Shown here: positions 47,824 to 57,900 of the stretch, piece after piece
Layout: the number at the start of each line of letters is the position of its first letter
Numbering within the stretch: position 1 is the stretch's first letter
Origin: an uncultured Chitinophagaceae bacterium
Lineage (GTDB): Bacteria > Bacteroidota > Ignavibacteria > UBA10030 > UBA8401
Direction: 5' to 3'
Length of the DNA stretch: 64,000 bases
Assembly: GCA_964603685.1 (NCBI GenBank)
Contig: CAZRWF010000005.1
Coordinates: forward strand, 2,721-66,720
Notes under the pieces: model-generated
Database searches by the model: none
What the model saw: the letters and a program-made list of their open reading frames with translations, nothing else
What the model was told of the DNA's origin: nothing
Position numbers and translations under genes: made by a program

Positions 47824-48909
47824 TTATCGAACCACTGCTTTGAATGAAACAATCCCCTCTTCACCCGGGAGAATTTTTTTCGTGATTTTCCATTGAATCG
47901 AGATGACCGCCGATTGTTGCGGAGGTGTCACCGTCGACCGGACCACGGTAATCTCGCAATCCTCCCCTGCCGCGGAATTTTCCACGTACGTCATGTTTGC
48001 GGGGACATCATTGGTGATTGTCGCATCCTGTGCGAACGCCGTGCCGATGTTGTGGTAGAGAACGGAATAGGTAACCGTATCCCCCGGAAAGGGATTCATA
48101 CGATCGGCCGAATTGATCAACGCCAGCTCCGTTGTTTCTTTTTTGGAACTGTTCATCACCTCCAGATGCGAAGCTTGGATGGCCGATTTTTCAAAATTTT
48201 TCACCGTTGTCGCATTCACGCGGAAGGACAACACCTCGGTTTCCGCTCCGGCGGAAGAGACATTTTCGGACGACACCACAACGGTTTTTCCCGGTCCTTT
48301 TTGTTCTCCCGCTGCGGTCGTGACTGCCGTTCCGGCAATGCCGGAGATCAGCACAAACGGATAATCCGCCTTCCCCTTTTCCACCCGTGTCGTCAGCACT
48401 CCGTTTGCACCGACCGGGCGGAGATATCCGTCCCCGAACAGTGTGAGCATGGCGGAATACGTTTTGTTGGGAACAGATTTTACTTTCAGCGCAACGGTCA
48501 CCGTTTTCCCGAGCGGCATCGTTTCATCGGCAACGATATTGGATTCCCACGTAACGGTCACGGCATTTGCCCCTGTGCCGGAAGAGTACACTGCGGTTGT
48601 TTTCAGGCCGGTCGATTGGACTTTAGCTTTTGCCGCAAAATCTTTCGCCGTAACGGAAAGAATCGTCTTCTGCCCCTCGTTGAGCCGTAAAAAAACGAAC
48701 GATTGATCGGTGTTATTCGAAAGCCAGAATCCGAATGTCGATTCCTCTTTCGGATTTTTGACGGGCCGGACAACCGCAAAGGCGATCTTCCCGCTTTTCG
48801 TTTTACCCGGAGTATTCACTTGCAGCTGATAGTCATGCAGCTTCAATTGCGTACCTTGCGAAAACGCCAATGAGCTGACAATCAAACTCACGATGAGGAA
48901 TGTTTTCAT
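47824..48909 (-). CDS. 361-aa secreted protein: unique N-terminal about 255 aa plus a C-terminal DUF11 module
   Basis: Signal peptide MKTFLIVSLIVSSLAFSQG. C-terminal PFPGDTVTYSVLYHNIGTAFAQDATITNDVPANMTYVENS...GIVSFKAVVR. AGGAG 7 nt upstream. Confidence 0.65.
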   Translation of the reverse strand: MKTFLIVSLIVSSLAFSQGTQLKLHDYQLQVNTPGKTKSGKIAFAVVRPVKNPKEESTFGFWLSNNTDQSFVFLRLNEGQKTILSVTAKDFAAKAKVQSTGLKTTAVYSSGTGANAVTVTWESNIVADETMPLGKTVTVALKVKSVPNKTYSAMLTLFGDGYLRPVGANGVLTTRVEKGKADYPFVLISGIAGTAVTTAAGEQKGPGKTVVVSSENVSSAGAETEVLSFRVNATTVKNFEKSAIQASHLEVMNSSKKETTELALINSADRMNPFPGDTVTYSVLYHNIGTAFAQDATITNDVPANMTYVENSAAGEDCEITVVRSTVTPPQQSAVISIQWKITKKILPGEEGIVSFKAVVR

Positions 48910-48925
48910 TTCGATGCTCCTGCGA

Positions 48926-51900
48926 TTAGTTGACGATCGTTTTAAACTTTATTTGTTTGTATGATCCCGGTGACACCGTGGCAAACGTGACCGTGATGGT
49001 CGTTCCGGCAACGGTCACTTCGTCCCCATCCGAAGCATTCGTTTTTGCCGTACCGTTCACTTCGATCCCTTTGCCGACGTCGAATCCGTTCGCCAGAAAT
49101 GTGGTATTGGCGGGGATCGTATAGACCGCCGAGACCGATGTTGCGTTGGATGTACCGTTGTTACTGTACTTCAGCGTATAGACCAATGTGTCCCCGGGAA
49201 CAGGATTTTGATGACTGACCACATTGGTGTCGATGGAAATATTGGCAATGTTGGTGATCGCGATCGATGTCGAAACATCTTCCACGTTGGAACCGCCGAA
49301 ATCGATCTGCGCCGTATTGGCGATCGATTCCAACACATCCATCAGCGAATCGGTATTGGCGGTGAATGTCCGGGACGTGGATGCACCGCTCGCCAACGAG
49401 AAGGATGGCCATGTCACCGTACCTCCTACCAGACTGCCGTTTCCGTTGTTGACCCGCCCAGAAATATTGCCCCCGTTGCTGATGCTTCCGGACTTCAAAA
49501 TAAGGTTGTCATCGAGGGGATCGGTCACCACAATCGTCCCCTTGGTGACATTATACGGATTTGTGATCGATATAGTATAGAGCAAAGAATCCCCCGCGTG
49601 TGCGGTACCGCCGTTAATGTCGGACACGGTTTTGGACGAGACATTGGAACCGATGCCCCAATCCCCGACAATCGAAGAAGTAAGGCCTGATGATTCCACA
49701 TAGTTCGCCACGCTGTCAAAGGAGGTCGCGTTCCGATTTTGCCACGAAGTGCCGTATTGCCACAATTTCATTAATGTTTCATTCAAACTGTTCGCTTCAC
49801 TGTTTTCGTAATGCAGCCGCAGCGTGCTGGTCAATCCGCTGCCGCCGGTGATGGCGATGTTTACCGTCCTATCGACGGCGACAAATGTCGGCGAAGCAGG
49901 CGTTGCGGACGCGACCGTCATCGTCACCGAACTGGGAGGCGTACCGGCCGTGAACACTATGGTGGTATTCGGGCCTTCAAACGCGTACGGCGTAGATAAA
50001 GCGAATACATGCGTACGCGTGACCGTACCGAAAATTATTCCATTGCCGGTCCGGGTTCCGGTGATCGTCAACGTGTTGGCTCCGGTCGAAATCGTGCCGG
50101 AATTCATATCGACATTCACCGTTTGGATGTTTCCGGCAGCCGTTACGGTCGTGGCACTTTGCGTTTTATTCACCACAAGTTCATAAAATGTGGTAGCTCC
50201 GGTGATGGTCGATGCCGAACCGCCGGCAAACACAATTTTCGATGTAGCGGCGGCGAATGATCCGGTGGTGGTCCAATGGCCGTATACCGTATCGGTGGTC
50301 GCTCCTGCATTTAATGTGGTACCGGCTCCCACCGTTACATTTCCCATAATCCTCAACGCTCCGGCGATGGTTTTCGTCCCTCCCGTTGCCGTATGAAGAT
50401 TATTATAGAGAAAGGCAGGAATCGATTGTGCGCCGCTGCCGGAAAATTCGATCGTACTTCCGGAAACGACATATTCCCCTCCCGAAAATGTTGCTGCCGG
50501 AATAAATTGTTCGGCAATGCCGATCGTTCCGGAGGCGAGAGTCACCGCATTGGCGCCACGGCTGCCGCTCAGTTTTAGTGTATGGTACGCAAACGCCGGA
50601 ATGGTTTGCGCCCCTGTTCCGTTAAAATCGACGGCGCTGTTGGTGAAGGACAACGTTCCGCCGCTCATGGAAACTGCCAGCGTCCCGGCGATTCTCACCG
50701 TATCGCTCGGAGCAACGACAACAGTATTCCCCCCGCGTGCTCCGCTGATTGAAAGATGGTGATACGCAAACGGAACAATCGTCTGTGCTCCCGTTCCATT
50801 GTAAGCAATCTTGCTGCCGGAAACGATGTACCCGCCGGATGTGAAACTCGCCGCGATGTTCAAAGAATCGGCCACGCTGATCGTATCACCGGAAACCAAT
50901 GTCACGGAATTTGTCGTCCGTGCACCGCTGATGCGCAGCGAGTGGTAGGAAAACGCAGGAATCGTCTGTGCACCGGATCCGTTAAAGTCCACAATGCTCC
51001 CGTTCACGGCATACGATACCGATGAGGCGCTGATTGTCAGCGATCCCGCCACACCGATCGTATCGCTGTTCGCCATGGTGACCGTGTTGCCGCCGCGCGC
51101 ACCGCTGATTGTCATGTTGTGATAATCGAACGCCGGAACCGTTTGGGCACCCGCTCCGTTAAATTCGATCGTATTCCCCGTTCTCACATACGAACCGCCG
51201 GTAAACGTTGCGGTCGGAGTGAACGTACCGGAGACAGAAATTGTACCGTTCGGCAGCGTAACGGAATTATTTCCGCGGGCACCGCTGATTCCGAGATGGA
51301 CGTAGGAATTTGCTTTGACGGATTGTGCTCCGGTGCCGAAATAATTTACCGTATTGTTTGACGCAGAAGCCGTCAGCGTACCGGTCGCCAGCAACGTATC
51401 GCTCACGGCGAGCACGGCGCCGGAACCGTTTATCCAGGTCGATCCGGCGGCATCACCGATTAACCGTGCCATCGCAATGCTGCCGCTGTTCGTCACCGTA
51501 TTTCCGGATCCGATACGAACACGGTACAGCGTGTCGTTTGTCGCCGTCATCACTTTATTGGTTCCCGAGACGAACAATGTCGATGTGCCGGTCGTTTTTC
51601 CGCCGGTGCCGGAGAGCGTATCCTGGTCCGAATCGTTCCATCGAATCTGACCCGAACCGCTCCATTGTCCGCTGAACGCAAAATTGCCGTACAGATCAAG
51701 CCGGTATCCGCCGTCCGACAATTCCGCTCCTGAAGCGATCGACACGTTGGTGATTTCGCGGTCATCCACCAATGAAACGATGTGGGGACTTACGATAAAT
51801 ACTTTATCCCGCTTTTTGGGGACTTTGTTCAAATCCCATGTGGCGGCCGTCGACCAATTTCCGGTGACTACGGAAGTGTATGTTTCCGAACTCCCTTTTC

Positions 51901-54900
51901 CCACGGCAAATTCACTGAAGGAGGAGACGTTCATCGCCCGGACACTGGTGGATGTAATCACCCCGACTGTCGCGTCGCTCCACACGCCGTTATCTTTTTT
52001 AACGACCAGCATGTCCGAAAAATCACTGATACCGGCATCGACATCGCCGGCGATCCAATTGACCGTCATATTGTAGGAATCGAACACCGTGCCGTTATTG
52101 ATCACGATCCAATAACGGTTGACGGTGGAATCGGCAAACACACCGGCATTCGCAACATCCGGATGATCCCCGTTGACGGTTTTTGCCGTCACATATCCGG
52201 CGTTCGATACTGTTCCGAATGATATAGTCACGGGGAGATAATTCGAGGAGGAGCCGATCGCATACGTGATCGAGTCTGATCCCGGGGTGAAATACCGTTT
52301 TAAAAATCCGTTCACGTATCCGGACGTACGCGTCAACGATCCGGTGGAGGTGATCGTGACCGAATCCGACGTCGCCGTGACGATGCCGTTCGTCAACGTC
52401 AACACGCCGTTCACGATCATATCGTCCGACAACGTGATACCGTTCGACGTATTATTCAATTCCATATTTGTGAACGATCCCGTCCCCGCAATCCTGTGCT
52501 CACTCGTGCCGTTGAACAAAATTTTTCCCGCTCCGGTGTGCGCACCGTCGTTCTGGATGCTATCCTTCACGGTGATCGTAAAGCCGCCGTCGGCAAATGT
52601 CGCGCCGGCGCCGATGGTCAAATTCTGATCGACGATCATTCCGGCAGCGGCTGTTTTTGTTCCGCCGCCGCTGATGCGGAGACTATGATAGGTGTGTGCC
52701 GTGACCGTTTGTGTTCCACCTGAAGAATCATACCCGAATGTTCCGCCGACCAACGAAACCGTTCCGGCGACGGTAGGAAAGGCACCGCGTGTGCTGACGA
52801 TACCGCTGTATTGCGTAAAATTACCGCTCACCGACAACGTCTTTCCGGCAAGAATGGTCACACGCGCCGTATCGTTATGGACGATCAGATCGTTGCAGTA
52901 GGCGTCCACATTCACCGTGATCGTATCCTTACCGTCGAACACGATATGGTTCCCCGACGTCGGGACACTATGCGAACTCCAATTGTAATCATCTCCCCAG
53001 TTGTACGTTCCAGCCCCTTTCGTCCAATAAAACGTCAACGAAGCTTCACCGACCGCAAAATCGCCGAATCCCGTAATCCCGGTTGTTTTTGTACTGGTGG
53101 AATTTCGCACGTTGATCGTGGAAGGACTCCATGTGGTGTTGTACCGTTTTACGAAGAAGTACGCCGTATTGGCACCCGCATCGATATCGCCGGCAACAAA
53201 ATTGAACGTCGCATCATACGTACTGAAAGTCAATCCCGCACCGGATAATGTGTAGAACCGGTTCACATCTTTATATTCATCGAGTCCGGAATATTTCACC
53301 TGCGGATGATCCACCGCTGTTTGGCTCGCCATAACCGTTCCACCGACGCTCACCGATTGGAAAGTCAATTCGACGGGAGTGTAATTCGTCGCATCTCCGA
53401 CTTGGAACGTATAGGTTTGCGGGGACCCGCTCACTCCGATGGTCTTTTGGAGAAATCCGTGCACATGTCCCGCCGTTCGCGATGTCCCCGGGAAGACGGA
53501 ACAGGAAATAACGTTGCTGCCGGTGGTCATCACGCCGGACGTGAGGACCAAAATGCTGTCGACGGTGAAGTTCGCATTGACAGTTGCCCCGTTGATATCG
53601 TTCAGTTCGAGAATTCGGAACGAGCCGCCGCCGGAAATCTGATGCGCCGAGGAACCACCGGCGAGGAGAGTTTTCCCGGTACCGGAGCCGGTATTGACGG
53701 TGTTGTTGGAAATATTCCCTTTCACTGTGAGCGTATAGATACTGTCGCTCAGCGTCGCCCCGCTGATCGACAGATTGCCGTTCACCGTGGCATTTCCCGA
53801 CAACTTTTTCCAATTGCTTCCGCTGACGGTAAGATGTTGATAATAGGCCCAACCGTTGACGGTCTGCGGCGAAGTTCCGTTAAAATCGATCGTATTTCCG
53901 GTGAGGGTATGACCGGTCGCCGTTCCCGGCGTGAACACCGATGCGATCCCGACCGATGACGGAAATGTTTTGTTGAAATTACTCAGAATCAGATTTCCGT
54001 AATTTCCCGGCAATATATTCTGTCCGTTCGACCCTTTGCTATAATTCACCGTTCCGATCGCATCGCTGGAGATCGTTCCGGACGTCACTGCGGTCGCATT
54101 GGCGATATATAAGGTCATTGTACCGACACCCAAATTACCGGCAACGAGTTTCAACGAGTCGGTCACCGTCAACGAATCGGACATGTTAACACCGGCACTA
54201 TTGTTGATTTCCAACTTGTTCACCGTTCGTGCCGTGGGAGTGGTGGTGAACACCCCCGTGGATTGGAGCGCGCTTCCGGCAAAAATATAATTTGCCAGAC
54301 TGCTGTACGTCCGCGTTCCGGTCACCTGAACATTTCCGGTTGCACCGGCGGAGGTGATGCCGTCAACGGACGACGATTCGAGCGTGCCGTTCACCAAAAG
54401 GGTGAACGATCCGCCGCCGCTCAATACACTGGAACCGGCGAATGCGAGCCAGGAACCGCTGTGCACACGGTAATTGACCGTATTGGAGACGGTCCCTCCG
54501 GACGTGTATACTTGACGGGAAGTTCCGTTAAAGACGATGGTGCCGGACCCGGTACTCGTTTCGGTGATCACTCCGGATGTATGCGTAAAATTCCCTCCGA
54601 CTTTCAAACTATCCACCGAAGCGGAACCGCTCAGATTCAACGAGTCGCCGGACATCAGAACGCTCCCGGAAACCGTCAAATGGACGGCAGCCGTGGACGT
54701 GGTGACAAACCGCAATGTGCTGCCGGTTCCGCGCACGACGAGACTGTCGCCAATCGTCACCGTGTACGCCGTCGCTCCGGTCTGTTTCATTAGCACTTTG
54801 CTTGTTCCCTCCACTTTAAAACTTCCGCCGATGGTCTTGGATGCGGCCGTATTATTGTTGATCAGCAATTGCTGTCCGTTGGTGTTCAACACCTCAAAAT

Positions 54901-57900
54901 TTCCGTTCACCGTTACCGGATTTCCCGCCAGCGCAATCACGGCGCTTTGCGCGGCATTGTTCCAGACGAAATTTCCGAACGTCTGCGCAAGACTCGTCGG
55001 TACGGTATTGGTCGTACCGGTGATCTCCACCGTTGAATTCGCATTCCACGTGGTGGTCATTCCGACATTGATCGCACTGCCATTCACGTCATGGATATAC
55101 TTCCCGCCGCTCATATACACCGCCGAGGGTCCGCCGTTGACGCTGAATGTTCCGGCATCCCATTTCACCGTTCCATACACGGTCAGATCCGTACCGGCAC
55201 CATTCCGAATTTGCAGTGTGCCGCCCGTTCCGATCACCAACGTCCCCCCTTCTTCCACCACAATCTGGTCCTGTCCGTTCGTCACACCGGAAAGATTGGT
55301 GGTGACCGTCACCGTATGCCCGTTTCGAATCGTAATTTGCCCGCTGGCCAGCACCGGCGAAGAGACGGCGTTCACCCAATTCGTTCCGTCGAAGCGTTCC
55401 CAGACATTGGTGAAATCATTCCATGTCCCGGATCCTTTGGAGCGAAAAGCGTTGTTCGCATCGCGCAATCCGATGATATAGATACCCAAGGAGTCGATCC
55501 CGAGCGCTTGATTGGTCGTCGTAGTTCGTGTTCCGGCCGTTGTACTATCCCAGAACGAACCATTATACCAGTTCATCCGGAATGTGGCTGATCCTGCTAT
55601 ATCACAATCACCTGCCACATAGGTAAGAGTTAGGTTGTATCCGCTCGCCGTGTTATAGACAAGATCGGAATATCGGGTCTGCCAATAGCGATTGACATTA
55701 TCCGCTGGATTGACGAACGACGTTGCGGATTCCGGATGCTCTTCGGCGACTGTGGAGACGGTCAACGTTCCGGCAACAGAAACGGAGGCAAAAACGAATT
55801 GTGCCGGCGTATAATTATTGCCTGTTCCAATCTCGTACGTAACGGTGACATTCGATCCGGTTCCGACAGATTTTTTCAACCATCCGGTAACATGTCCTGA
55901 GTTCCGCGAAACTGTTCCTGATGACGAAATAATGACGGTATCGGACGCATTGGTGATGTTACCGTTGAGCAATCGTAACGTTCCGTTGATCGTCATATTA
56001 CCTGTCAGTGTGATCCCGTTGGCGTTGTTCACTTTCAGATTGGTAAAGGATCCTCCGCCGCTGATGCTTTGAGCAGTTGATCCGGACAGATCGAGATAAT
56101 TCGTTCCGTTCTGCGTTCCATTATTGATCACATTACCCAAAACGCGCATCGTGTCGGCACTCGAGACGGTCAGGGTTACGGAACCACCGATCGTCAATGT
56201 TCCGGTGACGGTATCGGCACCGGATTGTTGGGTTTTTGTTCCGGAAGTACTGAGGGTAAGATTATTATAGAGGAACGAAGGAATATTTTGCGCTCCCGAA
56301 CCGTTAAAATCCATTGTATTGCCGGTGATAGTATGTCCGGCGGCTGAACCGGAAGTAAAGACGTTCGCAACCCCGACAACTCCTGCGGGAAGAATTTTCG
56401 TAAAATTACTGAATGTTAAATTGCCGTAGTTCATCGCCAGCACGGTTTGACCATTGCTGCTTTGATTATAATTGATCGTTCCGGTGGCAGCACTGGTGAC
56501 CGTTCCGCCGGATGAAACGTTACCATTAAGCGTGAGCGTATTGGTTTGGATATCCATCGTTCCGGAAAGCACGGCGAACGAATCCGAAACGGTGACGCTG
56601 TTCTGAAGTGTGAGCGTACCGGAAGATTTGCTCACGGTCAATTTATTGAATGTTTCACCCGATGGGTCGATCACCGATTGAGCACCCGTTCCGTTGAACG
56701 TTACTTTTCCCGCACCGGGGGTGAACGTTTGACTGTTGTTTTCCCAATGCCGCGCGACGCCAATGTCCAATCCGTTCGCGTTCAGTGTTCCGGCAGTGAT
56801 GGTGAGATCGTTCAAGACCGTCAATCCGTTCGTGATCAGTTGCGCCGTCGCATTCGAGCTGTTGACGACAAAATTATAGACAGGAATGGAAACGTTCACT
56901 CTCATCGTTTGCGCCGCCGGAGTCAAACCGGTGTATCCTATTTGAACCGTTCCCCCGGTTACCGAATAGCTCGTAAAGCCCGACAACACAAATCCCAGAT
57001 CTTCGGCACCGGTTCCTCCTTCTTTTTTCACGATTATCGTACCGCCGCTCATAACAAAATTGGATCCGGCGAGACTGATGTTAAACGGAGCGTAGGTGGC
57101 GGACGTACTTCCCGAATCGGCCACGATCATCGTGCCGCCGGTCATCGTCAAATCGGTGATGACGTACGCATTGTTCGGAATAAATCCGCCGCGCACCAGA
57201 ACTGTGCCGCCGTTGATCGTGAAGGCGCCGCCGGACGAGATCAAATTGTGTCCGGTGTTGTTTCCGATCGTGACCGTACCGGCCTGAACGCGAAATTCAC
57301 CGGCAACCGTCAGACTCCCTCCCGTTGTGGATAAAGATGCCGAGGCATGATTGACGCGGATCCCTCCGCTCGAAGGAATCGAAGCGGCGGCGGTGAACGG
57401 TGTTACCGACGCACCCGTCGCCAGATTGAACGTTCCGTTCGTCAAGGTCAAAAAATTCGTCGTCGAAACCGAAAAATTCGTCGCAAAAATATCCAAAATA
57501 TTCGAGCGGGACGTACCCATATTCAATGTCATCAAATAGAATCGGGTGGAATCGCCGTTGCCGTTGACGGTCTGTGTCCCATTTTTATTGAAGGTCACGG
57601 CACACCGGCTGTCCGCATCGGTCGCCATGACGAACCGTCCGCTGTTGGCAATGTTGCCGGAAACCGTCAGCGTATGTGACGAGGTGTTCGAAACGCCGTT
57701 CACGCGAAAGACGGCGCCGGCATTCACCGTCACGTTGCCGATCACCGTGATGCTGCGCGCGGTGTTGTCGTCCCCGATTAACAGCGTTCCGCTGGCCCCC
57801 TGACCGACGGTGAGACTATTCACCGTCACAGTCGAATCGATCACAATCACGGTTCCGTCCGCAATGGTCGCGTTGTCCGAAATTCCCGGAACCACACTGG

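Noticed and set aside
50390-51360. Regularly spaced ~180-nt repeats that could superficially suggest a CRISPR-like or satellite array.
   Set aside because: The units are contiguous with no unique spacers, all are multiples of 3 nt, and they lie inside an uninterrupted ORF. They translate into a coherent protein repeat. There are no cas genes, leader or palindromic short repeats.
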